64,000 nt of DNA from Escherichia phage vB_VIPECOOM01. The stretch is from the sequence record OQ721909; one strand, given 5' to 3'. The translations under genes were made by a program, and so were the position numbers. The notes beneath the pieces are model-generated. The model had not been told where the DNA came from, ran no database searches, and saw only the letters and a list, made by a program, of their open reading frames with translations. Positions 39,050-49,319 of the stretch are shown one piece after another. How positions within the stretch are numbered: position 1 is the stretch's first letter; the number at the start of each line of letters is the position of its first letter.

Positions 39050-39079
39050 ATAATACCACAGTTTAAACTTCTTGTAAAC
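39050..39079 (-). promoter_or_regulatory. early promoter
   Basis: GTTTAC, 18 nt, TATTAT downstream of nrdH. Confidence 0.45.
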
Positions 39080-39176
39080 AACTTTGTGAAAATTATTTTA
39101 GGGAATGATAAGAAGTGAATGATAGTTAGAATGGTAATATACAGAATGTGAGAAAGAAAGGCCCAGAGGGCCCGTC

Positions 39177-39485
39177 TTAGTCTTCTATGATATCTCTATC
39201 ATATCCAAGTGAAATGAGAGTTTCTTTGAAGTGTTTGATGTTCTTTTGTCTAGAATCATTGATGAAAATGACTGGATAACGAATGTTAAGAGATGTGAAT
39301 CCAGCTCGTTTAGCAAGAGATACAATCAGTGGACGATCATACTCAATCTTACCATTATTTGTAAGAACTTTATAGAAAGTAAAAGGAGCATTGAGCTCCT
39401 TTAGAAGTTTTGTAACTGATTGACATCCAGGACAACGACCTACTTCATCTGGAATTCCATAGACTTCAATCTTGTTTTGTTTCAC
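39177..39485 (-). CDS. nrdH: glutaredoxin-like NrdH
   Basis: 102 aa as T4 NrdH; CPGC redox motif. Confidence 0.8.
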   Translation of the reverse strand: MKQNKIEVYGIPDEVGRCPGCQSVTKLLKELNAPFTFYKVLTNNGKIEYDRPLIVSLAKRAGFTSLNIRYPVIFINDSRQKNIKHFKETLISLGYDRDIIED

Positions 39486-39487
39486 AA

Positions 39488-39724
39488 CTATTCCTTACTA
39501 AGAGCAGCATTCAGCTTGTTAGTAATTTTATCCAGACGCTCATTGAACTCGCTAGAAGACAGTCCTTTTTCTGGAGAAATCAAACTAATCACGAAAAATA
39601 TAGCAATAAAAGGAATAAGAAAAATAGCTCCAACTGCCATAAACAAAAAGAATGTTACGGTTGTAAGAAAATCAGCTAAACCTTTACGAAATTTATACAT
39701 ATTTACCCTTAATTGATTAACCAA
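39488..39724 (-). CDS. small membrane protein
   Basis: 78 aa with one long hydrophobic segment. Confidence 0.45.
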   Translation of the reverse strand: MVNQLRVNMYKFRKGLADFLTTVTFFLFMAVGAIFLIPFIAIFFVISLISPEKGLSSSEFNERLDKITNKLNAALSKE

Positions 39725-39814
39725 GCATTGATAAGCACTAAACTATACTGCGAATAAAATTCTGGACCAAAATGAAAAATCATATCATTTATAGTATCAA
39801 TAATATAATTCAGT

Positions 39815-40285
39815 TTAATCATGTTTCCACACCCCATCGGTATTTGACCAAAGCCGTTGATTATCTGATCCTCGCCACAGCTTTTTGGTCGGAAGATTTT
39901 TCTCATACTTCCCATCAATAATAACATCAACATATTTAAGCATTTCTAGTTGTTTAATATCTTCAAACTTATATCCTGTCCACAACCAAATGCTTTTATT
40001 CGGATAAAGATTTTTTACCGTTTGAACAATGCAATGAACAACATCTCGGTTATCAGGATAAAGAGGGTCTCCTCCAGTTATAGTTAATCCTTCTATATAA
40101 TCATTATTCAAACATTCAATTAATTGTTCTAGTGTTTCACCAGTGAATGGAACGCCATTTCTAGCATTCCATGTTGATTTATTATAACACCCTTCGCATT
40201 TATGCAAACAACCTGTAACGAAAAGAACGACCCTGCATCCAGGGCCATTCACAAAATCGCAGGGATAAAATCTATCGTAATTCAT
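39815..40285 (-). CDS. nrdG: anaerobic ribonucleotide reductase activase NrdG
   Basis: 156 aa as T4 NrdG; radical-SAM cysteine cluster CLHKCEGC. Confidence 0.85.
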   Translation of the reverse strand: MNYDRFYPCDFVNGPGCRVVLFVTGCLHKCEGCYNKSTWNARNGVPFTGETLEQLIECLNNDYIEGLTITGGDPLYPDNRDVVHCIVQTVKNLYPNKSIWLWTGYKFEDIKQLEMLKYVDVIIDGKYEKNLPTKKLWRGSDNQRLWSNTDGVWKHD

Positions 40286-42099
40286 TGGTGTTTAACCCTA
40301 TGCATGATTTCTTTATTTTTGCCGAGATTAAATCCGCGTTCATTCGGATTTCCCAAATAACCACAAGTTCTTCTTATTGTGTTCATCTTTTTAGGATCAG
40401 TTTCTCCACAAATAGAACAAACAAATCCGTTTTCAGTAGGAGTCATTTCATGGGTACTTCCACATGTAAAACATTTATCTACTGGCATGTTAACGCCAAA
40501 ATAATCTAAATGTTGTGCAGCATAATCCCATACAGCCTCAAGACCTTTTAGGTTATTTTTCATATCAGGAAGTTCAACATAAGAAATGTGACCACCTGTC
40601 GCAATGAAATGATACGGGGCTTCGCGAGAAATCTTTTCAAACGGAGTGATATTTTCTTCTACTGAAACGTGGAAACTGTTAGTGTACCAGCCTTTATCAG
40701 TAACGTCTTTTACACTTCCATATTTTTCGGTATCAAGTTTGCAGAAGCGATAGCACAGGTTTTCAGCAGGAGTAGAATACAAGCTAAAAGCAAAACCGGT
40801 TCTTTCAGTCCACTGCTTAAGACGAGCATTCATTTTAGTTAAAATTTCTTGCCCAATATCACGACCGACAAGGATATTCAATTCGTGAATACCAATGTAT
40901 CCTAAAGACACTGAACTTCTACCGTTTTTAAATAACTCAATTATATCATCATCAGGTTTAAGACGAACCCCGAATGCACCTTCTTGGTAAAGAATAGGAG
41001 CAACAGTCGCTTTAACTCCTTTTAAGGAACTAATTCTACACATCAAAGCTTCAAAACACAAATCCATTCGTTCATTGAACAATTCGGCAAATTTCTGTTC
41101 ATTGAACTGTGTTCCAATATAAGAATCTAACGCAATACGAGGAAGATTCAGTGTTACAACGCCAAGATTATTACGTCCATCAAGAATTTCATTACCAGTC
41201 GAATCTTTCCATACACTTAAGAAACTGCGGCAACCCATTGGAGAAACAGGAATAGATGAACCGGTGATGGCTTTATTGTTCTTAGCCGAAATGATGTCAG
41301 GATACATTCTTTTGCTTGCACACTCTAGAGCAAGCTGCTTAATATCATAGTTCGGATCGTCTTTATAAAGATTAACACCTTCTTCAACGAACATAACAAG
41401 TTTAGGGAAAATAGGAGTTATCCCGTCACGACCAAGACCTTTAATACGATTTTTCAGAATTGCTTTCTGAATCATTCGTTCAGTCCAGTCAGTTCCCGTG
41501 CCAAATGTAATTGTTACAAAAGGCGTTTGTCCATTTGAACTAAAGAGAGTATTTACTTCATATTCATAAGCTTGGAACGCATCATATACGTCTTTTTCTG
41601 TTTTAGACTGGGCGTAATTCAACGCATCAGCGATTTGCCATTTTTCTGCATCCTCAATATGTTTTGCATAGGTGCGTTTAACATAAGGAGAAAGTACTTT
41701 GTCTACATTCGCAAAAGTCGTTCCGCCGTATTGATGGGAAGCAACCTGTGCAGTAATTTGTGCCATAATTGCAGTAGCAACGCCGATTGATTTAGGAGTT
41801 TCAATCTGTGCATTACCGAGCTTAAATCCGTTCTCAAGCATTCCTTTTAAATCTACTAAACAGCAATTAGTAAATGGAAGAGCAGGAGAATAATCAATAT
41901 CATGGAAATGAATAATTCCGCTTTCATGCGCTTTCATAATAAAAGACGGGACCATATTTTTGGCAATGTGTTTAGACACAATACCAGCCATAAGGTCCCG
42001 TTGAGTTGGAAAAACACGAGAATCTTTATTAGCATTCTCGTTTAAAAGGTCTTTATTAGTTTTATGAATCAATCCTTCAATTTCTTTTTCAATTGTCAT
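40282..42099 (-). CDS. nrdD: anaerobic ribonucleotide reductase NrdD, intron-less
   Basis: 605 aa continuous ORF (T4 NrdD 605 aa after intron splicing); C-terminal Zn ribbon and glycyl-radical region. Confidence 0.9.
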   Translation of the reverse strand: MTIEKEIEGLIHKTNKDLLNENANKDSRVFPTQRDLMAGIVSKHIAKNMVPSFIMKAHESGIIHFHDIDYSPALPFTNCCLVDLKGMLENGFKLGNAQIETPKSIGVATAIMAQITAQVASHQYGGTTFANVDKVLSPYVKRTYAKHIEDAEKWQIADALNYAQSKTEKDVYDAFQAYEYEVNTLFSSNGQTPFVTITFGTGTDWTERMIQKAILKNRIKGLGRDGITPIFPKLVMFVEEGVNLYKDDPNYDIKQLALECASKRMYPDIISAKNNKAITGSSIPVSPMGCRSFLSVWKDSTGNEILDGRNNLGVVTLNLPRIALDSYIGTQFNEQKFAELFNERMDLCFEALMCRISSLKGVKATVAPILYQEGAFGVRLKPDDDIIELFKNGRSSVSLGYIGIHELNILVGRDIGQEILTKMNARLKQWTERTGFAFSLYSTPAENLCYRFCKLDTEKYGSVKDVTDKGWYTNSFHVSVEENITPFEKISREAPYHFIATGGHISYVELPDMKNNLKGLEAVWDYAAQHLDYFGVNMPVDKCFTCGSTHEMTPTENGFVCSICGETDPKKMNTIRRTCGYLGNPNERGFNLGKNKEIMHRVKHQ

Positions 42100-42569
42100 T
42101 TTAAACTCTTTCTAAGCTGCTTCTTAAATGAAGCTATTAATTGTGTTTTGGTGTCAGATTCATTATATTCAAATCCTCTTTGAAGCATCTCAGCCATCAT
42201 TTCCTCTTTTCCTAAACGAGAAAATTCCTTTGATTTATCTCCAACAAAGTTAGGGTGAATATTATTTTGGGTGTAATCGGATTTTAAATAAGTAAGTAAA
42301 TTTTCTAACCATTCAAGATAATCAACACCTTGTCCCTTTAAGCCAGAACGATTAAATTTATGCTTCATTTGACCTTCTGCAGCATTACAGAGATTACATA
42401 GCAACCCACGTACCTTTCCTGCTTTTGGTCCATTTAATTCATGGTCATGGTCAAGGTGATTAGCTTGAACATCAGGATTTAGTTCTCGTTGGCAAATTAA
42501 GCATTTACCGTTTTGTGCATCATAAAATTTCTGTTTTTCTTCTTTATATAATTTGCCAGTCAATAACAT
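42096..42569 (-). CDS. 49: endonuclease VII (Holliday junction resolvase) gp49
   Basis: 157 aa as T4 EndoVII; CxxC...HxDH motif region. Confidence 0.85.
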   Translation of the reverse strand: MLLTGKLYKEEKQKFYDAQNGKCLICQRELNPDVQANHLDHDHELNGPKAGKVRGLLCNLCNAAEGQMKHKFNRSGLKGQGVDYLEWLENLLTYLKSDYTQNNIHPNFVGDKSKEFSRLGKEEMMAEMLQRGFEYNESDTKTQLIASFKKQLRKSLK

Positions 42570-42611
42570 AATAAAACCCTTACCTTAAATAGATAAGGGT
42601 ATTTATTATTT

Positions 42612-42833
42612 TCAAGTATTGTAAAACATTCGATGCAATCGCTTATATTGTCGAATCATCTTTTTAGTAGGACGAGAATAAGTTCCTATACAAGTGGTCA
42701 TATTAGGGTCAGTAGGACTTCCTTTAATAAAAAGTTTCCAAACCTTACCACCATTTAACTTTTCAGTATAAATTAATTCGGTTTTCATTAAAACGCTCGT
42801 TAGAAAAAGAAATTTGAGTTTCAAGCCATTCAA
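42612..42833 (-). CDS. hypothetical small protein
   Basis: ORF overlaps next gene; true start probably internal. Confidence 0.3.
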   Translation of the reverse strand: MNGLKLKFLFLTSVLMKTELIYTEKLNGGKVWKLFIKGSPTDPNMTTCIGTYSRPTKKMIRQYKRLHRMFYNT

Positions 42834-43251
42834 TATATTCTGCAGCAGCTTGCATCAAATTTCCTTCATAGCCATCGTTATTTTCTTGTGCAGCTAATTT
42901 AGCTAATGCATATGAAATGCGTTCACCTTGAAAAGCGGCTTTAGGTTTATGAATAGCTTGATCAACTCGTTCTACAACTTCTTCAATTTCGCCATTTTCT
43001 GCGGATTCAGTATTCCACAAGCACCAATACGTAATTGGCTTATCGTAGATGTTAATAATCTTTCCATCAGAAAGTTCAATTTCAATAATTCCAGTATCAG
43101 GTTCTATATCATCTTCGCATTCTTTTGCAAGTTCACGAACTTTAAAGACAGTACCTGCACTAAGTTCCGGCCAGTAATTACACAGCCCTTTATCAGCACG
43201 ATTAATTCTAAACCACTTATCTACTGCAATCATATCCCATCTCCATATCAA
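42763..43251 (-). CDS. hypothetical protein, possibly Pin (Lon protease inhibitor)
   Basis: 162 aa vs T4 Pin 161 aa, downstream of gene 49; positional only. Confidence 0.35.
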   Translation of the reverse strand: MIWRWDMIAVDKWFRINRADKGLCNYWPELSAGTVFKVRELAKECEDDIEPDTGIIEIELSDGKIINIYDKPITYWCLWNTESAENGEIEEVVERVDQAIHKPKAAFQGERISYALAKLAAQENNDGYEGNLMQAAAEYIEWLETQISFSNERFNENRINLY

Positions 43252-43356
43252 TTAAGTCATTTATCGTTGGTTCATTATATACTGTTTCTTCATCAGTGTA
43301 AACCGGTTCTTCCGGCTCTGGCTCTACTGTTTCCCATCTAGCCGCCCACCAAGGTT

Positions 43357-43677
43357 TTATAGCGTAATCCATTCTCGTATTGTCTGAGTTACTACACGTT
43401 CACGGAGCTCGACTAGTTCAACAGTCGGAACTGCATAATACCAGTCAGAATGGTAAGAACCTGAACGGCATTCATTTACGGAAACATGTACATTATGTTT
43501 TGGACTAAAATAAACACACTGCCGATATTGGCATTTGCCATCTTGTACCCAATCTTCTATTTCGATAGGTTTAAGATAATCCGAAAAATCGAAATCATAA
43601 TTTTCTGAAAATGCATCATGGTCTTCGATGATTTCACTCAGAACTGCATCAACATCTAATTTATTTTCAATATTCAT
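43357..43677 (-). CDS. hypothetical protein
   Basis: 106-aa ORF. Confidence 0.4.
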   Translation of the reverse strand: MNIENKLDVDAVLSEIIEDHDAFSENYDFDFSDYLKPIEIEDWVQDGKCQYRQCVYFSPKHNVHVSVNECRSGSYHSDWYYAVPTVELVELRERVVTQTIREWITL

Positions 43678-43687
43678 TTTTCACCAC

Positions 43688-43897
43688 TTAATTTCGCAAT
43701 TTATTAAGTTCTTCATAATCAATCCAGGATTCTAGTCCTGATGGCAAATCAGATTCAATTTCCCAAAGAAGCTCTTCAATTTTCTGAAGACGATCTAATT
43801 CTTCGGCTGGAATAGTAACCATTGACGGAGTTCTTGATACACTAATATCGTAAATCATATTTACCCCAGTTTGACCATGCAATCGCCATATTTCCAT
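43688..43897 (-). CDS. hypothetical small protein
   Basis: 69-aa ORF. Confidence 0.4.
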   Translation of the reverse strand: MEIWRLHGQTGVNMIYDISVSRTPSMVTIPAEELDRLQKIEELLWEIESDLPSGLESWIDYEELNKLRN

Positions 43898-44076
43898 TTA
43901 GAAATAGACTTTTCACCGTTAGAATAATAAACTTCGAGTTTAGCACGATTATTTTTAATTTGAATAACCTTTGCTGTCATCAAAGTTCCATACCCGTAAT
44001 AAACTGCAACCTCATCACCTACATATACCGCGCTTCCGCGGTAGTCATGGATATAATCAGTTCCTTCGAGCATCAT
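43861..44076 (-). CDS. hypothetical small protein
   Basis: 71-aa ORF. Confidence 0.4.
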   Translation of the reverse strand: MMLEGTDYIHDYRGSAVYVGDEVAVYYGYGTLMTAKVIQIKNNRAKLEVYYSNGEKSISKWKYGDCMVKLG

Positions 44077-44336
44077 TTAAAGTATTCCCGCAATTGGTCA
44101 AATCCACCAACATGACTTCCATCAGGAGCAAATACCTGAGGCATCGTCAGTCCAATTTGAGTATCACGACCCAGTTTAGTTAGAAGCTCAGCGATTTTCT
44201 CATCATCAAAAACACCTTTTTCCGGCATAATGTTGATAAATTCAAACGGCTGTTTCTTCACAGTCAAAAGACGTTTTGCATTATCGCAATACACACATTT
44301 ATGGATGCTGCTATCATAACCATATACTTTAAACAT
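44073..44336 (-). CDS. nrdC: thioredoxin/glutaredoxin NrdC
   Basis: 87 aa as T4 NrdC; CVYC active site. Confidence 0.8.
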   Translation of the reverse strand: MFKVYGYDSSIHKCVYCDNAKRLLTVKKQPFEFINIMPEKGVFDDEKIAELLTKLGRDTQIGLTMPQVFAPDGSHVGGFDQLREYFK

Positions 44337-44337
44337 A

Positions 44338-44580
44338 TTATTCCTTAATTCCTAGTACTTGTTTAAAAGTCTCGTCGTAATCAAGACTTTGACCTGTTTG
44401 TTCTTTATGTTTGTATATAATATCACTTACTTCTGATAGCATATTTTTATATGAACGAGTTAAAGCAGATTTAAGCACGCTATATCTATCAGGAAATTTA
44501 CCATGTTCATTATAATACGCTATTGCTAATTCACGGACTGCCTTTTCAGCAGTCTCCATATATTCTTTACGCTTTGTCAT
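44338..44580 (-). CDS. hypothetical protein (nrdC.1 position)
   Basis: 80-aa ORF. Confidence 0.45.
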
Positions 44581-44884
44581 TTTCTTCTCGGTTAAATCGG
44601 TGTTTGCAATGACGGCATTTATAACGAAGATTACTAGTCTGCCAATGGACTAATTGAACCTGTTCAGTACCACATTTTGGGCAGTTCGGAACATTCTTAG
44701 AAGCCCTTTCGCGGCGTTCAACCATAACCATAATGGCATCCCAGGCTGGAGGTTTAAAGTCTAGATCGTCACAACCATGAATCTTTCCACGCATTTCTAG
44801 ATCGTCTTCTTCACCTGCCATAATAATTTTAATTAGACTGGAATTACTTGAAGCTGCAATGTCTTCTAATAGACGCTTTTTCAT
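44567..44884 (-). CDS. zinc-ribbon protein (nrdC.2 position)
   Basis: 105 aa; CPKCG...CRHC. Confidence 0.45.
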
Positions 44885-45810
44885 TTCAATACCTCAATAG
44901 CATTACGTAAACCATTTGCTTTTGCATTAAGAGATTTTAACAATTTGGTGTGTTCGGCAATCTGGGCTTCAACTTCAATCAAACGAGCATTGAGATATTC
45001 ACGTTCTTCGCTCAGGTTATCAACCTTTTCTACTTTAGGCTCTTTTACAACTGTCTTATATGTATTAGGGTTCTTCAGTTTAATTAGAATGCGTGAACTG
45101 TATAACATTGAACCATTATTTTCGATTTCGTCATACATTTCTACTACGTCCATGATTTTTAACATCATGCGGAGTTTATAAGATAACGAACGAATAGTTT
45201 TGTTGTGCTTATTAATTTCTCTAGAGTTCATGGTACCGAGATTACGTGAGTAGTAATAAGGAACCTGGATATCAATTGATAATGATGCGTTACCATTACC
45301 GGTTGGTTTGAATACTGCAGTAACCCAATCCTTAACATGAACTGTATTTGTACGGTCATCGCCCGCGGTAAATAGTTTACGAGCATGCTTAAAAAGCATA
45401 TTCACTTGGTCATTGAATTGACAAGCGAATTTATCAGCAAATTTAGTTTCAGGAATGGTAGATAACCAATCAGCCAAATGGGTCTTTTTAACATCGTTAA
45501 CAATAGTAAATTCAACCAAATCAGTTATAGATGTCTCAGATTTAATAAAGCTCGGCTTCATAAAGTTTTTAATGTTATCGCGAGCTACAGTAGAAGATAA
45601 CATACGAGAACGTTTAAACCATTGAAGCAAATTGCCCAACGAATGAGAATAAGCGTTCTGTGTATCTTTACAGATATGATTTTCCTGGCCAACATACTGA
45701 AGGAAATCACGAAGAATATTATTGATTACTGCTCTGTGTCCGATCTGATAATTACGGTGTTTAGTAATAAGACTGTCAAAATAATCAATATAATGTTTAC
45801 GAGTTTTCAT
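44881..45810 (-). CDS. coiled-coil-tailed protein, paralogue family member 1
   Basis: 309 aa; C-terminal heptad-like tail (LIEVEAQIAEHTKLLKSL). Confidence 0.5.
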   Translation of the reverse strand: MKTRKHYIDYFDSLITKHRNYQIGHRAVINNILRDFLQYVGQENHICKDTQNAYSHSLGNLLQWFKRSRMLSSTVARDNIKNFMKPSFIKSETSITDLVEFTIVNDVKKTHLADWLSTIPETKFADKFACQFNDQVNMLFKHARKLFTAGDDRTNTVHVKDWVTAVFKPTGNGNASLSIDIQVPYYYSRNLGTMNSREINKHNKTIRSLSYKLRMMLKIMDVVEMYDEIENNGSMLYSSRILIKLKNPNTYKTVVKEPKVEKVDNLSEEREYLNARLIEVEAQIAEHTKLLKSLNAKANGLRNAIEVLK

Positions 45811-45862
45811 GTTCTTCTCACTTGGTTAATGATTTATACTCCGAGCCATCCTTGGCTTTAAA

Positions 45863-46864
45863 TTACTTAATTAACTGTAAAGCTTGTTCAAGACGATCCA
45901 GGCGATTAACAGATTCTTCCCAAATCCTTTTAGCCTGCTCATATTCTTTCTGCGCTTTATTAGAAATTTCTAGAACTTCTTTATAAGCCTTTTCTAGTGC
46001 AATAACTTCTGGACGAATTTCTACAGGTTCAGGCGAATCATCAAGATTATCCATTAGTTCCTCAAGTGTAATTTCTTCTTTAGGAGTATTCACAATTTCA
46101 TCACATTTTTGTTGGTAAATTTCTTTATCAGTCGGTGAGTACGCACATTTCACTTCACGAAGACTAACTACAATTTTATATCCTTCCCAACCGCATATAT
46201 TCTTAAAAGGATACGTATGAATATTTTCTACTGTTTCCATACAAAGTAATGCGGTTTCTAATTGACGAGTTATAGTGCTAGCAATTGAGAAAAATTTATT
46301 AATATTCCTTTGGTTAGTTTCTGGTGTAAAAAATCCATAATTCACAAAAATAGATACTTTATTTTTATCAAGTTCATATTCTTTTACGATAATCATATCA
46401 GAAGCCAAAGGATGAATTTGACGATAATCGCCATAACATAATTTAGAAGCTGATTTTAAAATTTGCTTTTTGAAAAGCCTGAAATTACTAATCCAACGAC
46501 GAGTAAAAATATTCTCAGGGTCTTCTTTATTATTAAGATGATAAGAATTAACATCACCGAACCAATTATATCCTACTACATCTTTGGTTCGTTTAATTTC
46601 TTTCCCAAAATTACCAAGAATATCTCGATTAACCAAATATGAAAGAAGACGAGACTCTTTAAAGGTTTTCTTGATAACATCTTTATCTACACGACTAGAA
46701 ATTTTACGAATTTCATGAATAAATTTAACAGAAGAAACAAGACTTGCGTCAACACTATTGAGCCATTGATTGATAATAGAAATAACGCTATTTTGGCCAA
46801 ACAATGGTATAGCTTTATCATCAATAACGCTATTGAATGATTTGATATATTCGTTACGAGTCAT
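45863..46864 (-). CDS. coiled-coil-tailed protein, paralogue family member 2
   Basis: 333 aa from ATG at 46864 (GAGGAG SD); shares FxxxL(K/R)xxASxL core and coiled-coil tail with neighbours. Confidence 0.5.
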   Translation of the reverse strand: MTRNEYIKSFNSVIDDKAIPLFGQNSVISIINQWLNSVDASLVSSVKFIHEIRKISSRVDKDVIKKTFKESRLLSYLVNRDILGNFGKEIKRTKDVVGYNWFGDVNSYHLNNKEDPENIFTRRWISNFRLFKKQILKSASKLCYGDYRQIHPLASDMIIVKEYELDKNKVSIFVNYGFFTPETNQRNINKFFSIASTITRQLETALLCMETVENIHTYPFKNICGWEGYKIVVSLREVKCAYSPTDKEIYQQKCDEIVNTPKEEITLEELMDNLDDSPEPVEIRPEVIALEKAYKEVLEISNKAQKEYEQAKRIWEESVNRLDRLEQALQLIK

Positions 46865-46892
46865 ATTAATCTCCTCAGTAGAAAGTAAGAAC

Positions 46893-46922
46893 ATTATACC
46901 ACATCCTTGTGGCAAAGTAAAC
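46893..46922 (-). promoter_or_regulatory. early promoter (near-identical copy of 2418..2447)
   Basis: GTTTACTTTGCCACAAGGATGTGGTATAAT. Confidence 0.55.
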
Positions 46923-47950
46923 TAGTTTAGTGCATTTAGTGCATTGTTCAGTTTAGAACGTTGCTTCGTGAGATTTTTGACTTTTTCTTGAGCTTTTTCT
47001 AGCATCTTTTCAGCTTCTAACACTTCATTAGTTGCTTTAACGAGTTCATCATCTACTGCCTTGATAGACTTCTCAATCGCATCTGCATGCCATTTTTCAA
47101 CAGGTTTAAGACTCGGATTTTCAACAGGAAGAAAATTCACTTTATTGAATTTCCATGCATCCTTATTACCTGAACTATACATCCAAAATTTAGGATCGTT
47201 TGATGAGTAATTGGATAAATTTAAATTTAAGTTATCTTGCACTTCCTGCTTTTTCTCTTGCGTGACTTCGTCCTTTCTCAAAAAATCGTATTTAAATGAA
47301 ACGATCATATCAAGTTCATATGTTGTTGTGTCTAATTTAAATCGTTCGAAATGTTGTGAAATCTTAGACTGAACAGCGGCAACAACATCCATATACTTAA
47401 ATGCTTCTGTCAACTGCGATTTAAGGCATTCGCAAATTGAAAGAGAATTTTTTGTATTAGGTTTAAAGCTAATTCGTGCAGTTCTATTATTTTCTTTTAA
47501 TGGTCTTACTTCCATCTGAAGAGTATAACCATCAAATTTCAGGTTCTTTAAGTTAATATCAGAACCTTTCAATCGACTCGCAGTTGATAAAATTTGCTTT
47601 AATTGTCTACGGAACAGAGCAATAAATCTCCATTCAATACGATAATGATTTGGATTGAAAAATCCAGATGATAAATCGACCTTACTTTGACCAACGCCTT
47701 GAACAAATAAAGGATTTTTATAATCAATAGTTTTACAGAAATCGGTGAGTTGCTCACGAGCAGTCATTTGTGTAATATATCCCGCTTTACTAAAATTACG
47801 CACCCATTCACTGCTATTCGTATACTTAAAGTGATGAATAACACGATTAACTTTATCAGGGTCTAAATTATTTTCACACAAAAATGTCATAACATCACGA
47901 GTATAACTGGCATTACGAACCATATCTTCAATTTGAGAACGAGTTTTCAT
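46922..47950 (-). CDS. coiled-coil-tailed protein, paralogue family member 3
   Basis: 342 aa; same architecture. Confidence 0.5.
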   Translation of the reverse strand: MKTRSQIEDMVRNASYTRDVMTFLCENNLDPDKVNRVIHHFKYTNSSEWVRNFSKAGYITQMTAREQLTDFCKTIDYKNPLFVQGVGQSKVDLSSGFFNPNHYRIEWRFIALFRRQLKQILSTASRLKGSDINLKNLKFDGYTLQMEVRPLKENNRTARISFKPNTKNSLSICECLKSQLTEAFKYMDVVAAVQSKISQHFERFKLDTTTYELDMIVSFKYDFLRKDEVTQEKKQEVQDNLNLNLSNYSSNDPKFWMYSSGNKDAWKFNKVNFLPVENPSLKPVEKWHADAIEKSIKAVDDELVKATNEVLEAEKMLEKAQEKVKNLTKQRSKLNNALNALN

Positions 47951-47958
47951 AGTGTTCC

Positions 47959-48849
47959 TTAAGATTTAAGTAAATCAACAATTTTAATTAACTTTTCACG
48001 CTCAGATTTAGCTTTACTACTCAATCCAGATAGTCTGAAAATTTCATCATCATATTGTTGAATAGAAATATTCAGCTCTTCAATCTGTTTATTAAAATAA
48101 TCAATTTGTTCAGAATGTTTTTCGTTACTACGAACTGGTACAGGTTTCGTAGGCAATTTAGTTGAACTGGATTCATTCGGGCGATAAATTAAAATACAAC
48201 TTGAACCAATAGGGCATTTTGCACCAGATGAATATTCTAATGTTCCAGCTTCTTTTAAAACTTCAAAAGCTAAACAGAGATGATGCCCCATATTAACATA
48301 ATCTGTAGAGTGAGCTCTGATGTAATAATCATCTCCACGAATACTAAATTTAAAGCATTTAAGGTCTTCTGTATTATTGGTCTTAAAAATCATTTGTTTA
48401 TCTAGACCTTTAGCTAATCGAGCACCCAATGCTAATAATCGTCGTTGATTTTCCCACAAATCCGCAATCATTTGGTCGAATGATAATTTCGGCATTAGTC
48501 GACCATAAAGGTCATATCCTTTATTATAATTACGAAGGATTTCACTCGCATTAATGCGAGACAATGCTCCAATTTTATTAAGGGCTTTCATAATGCGATT
48601 AGATAAACTCATTCCAGACCCGTTTGTTCGCTGTAAATGTTTTTCTAATCCAAATCCAATATCAACTTTAAACTTATCTAAAATTTCTGCATGAACATCT
48701 TTGTCGATAACATTCAAATCCAAAGTTGGGTTAAATCTATGAAAAAATTTATCTGGCTCTCCACGGCGAAGTACAGTCCATTCATTCATCATTTTTTTAT
48801 TAACTAATGATTTAATTACTGCATTGACATTATTAATTACTACTGACAT
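47959..48849 (-). CDS. coiled-coil-tailed protein, paralogue family member 4
   Basis: 296 aa from ATG at 48849; same architecture. Confidence 0.5.
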   Translation of the reverse strand: MSVVINNVNAVIKSLVNKKMMNEWTVLRRGEPDKFFHRFNPTLDLNVIDKDVHAEILDKFKVDIGFGLEKHLQRTNGSGMSLSNRIMKALNKIGALSRINASEILRNYNKGYDLYGRLMPKLSFDQMIADLWENQRRLLALGARLAKGLDKQMIFKTNNTEDLKCFKFSIRGDDYYIRAHSTDYVNMGHHLCLAFEVLKEAGTLEYSSGAKCPIGSSCILIYRPNESSSTKLPTKPVPVRSNEKHSEQIDYFNKQIEELNISIQQYDDEIFRLSGLSSKAKSEREKLIKIVDLLKS

Positions 48850-48856
48850 ATTTTCC

Positions 48857-49264
48857 TCACTCAATTTCAATTTTACTAAATACACAGAATATGATTGAAC
48901 AGACTATATAAGCGCCACACACGGATTGAACTAATACCATCCCAAAGAACCAAACAATATTATCAAACAGTGTTTGTTTTACGTCGAAAGGACGTAAACT
49001 TACAGTAATATTATCACCTTTTTCTATTGAAGAATACATCTCTGGGGAAATATATTCACTAAATCTATAACCGTCTTTGAGTTCATATACGGCAATAAAC
49101 GATAAACTAGACCCTTTTCCTTGTGTTCCTGTAATGGTATTAACTACAGTAACATCATAATCTTTATAGTGCATATAATCATTAATTGCGTAATAACCAT
49201 ATGCAACTACTACACATAAACAACATATCAATAAATTCAATCTTTTAATTATCAACTGTTTCAT
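48857..49264 (-). CDS. membrane protein
   Basis: 135 aa with N- and C-terminal hydrophobic helices. Confidence 0.45.
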   Translation of the reverse strand: MKQLIIKRLNLLICCLCVVVAYGYYAINDYMHYKDYDVTVVNTITGTQGKGSSLSFIAVYELKDGYRFSEYISPEMYSSIEKGDNITVSLRPFDVKQTLFDNIVWFFGMVLVQSVCGAYIVCSIIFCVFSKIEIE

Positions 49265-49319
49265 AATAATCTCAATTAAAAGGGCTTAGAACCATTATAC
49301 CATCCTTGGTATAAAGCGG

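Noticed and set aside
40282-42099. Group I intron with a homing endonuclease in nrdD
   Set aside because: The nrdD frame is uninterrupted at full length with no inserted block.
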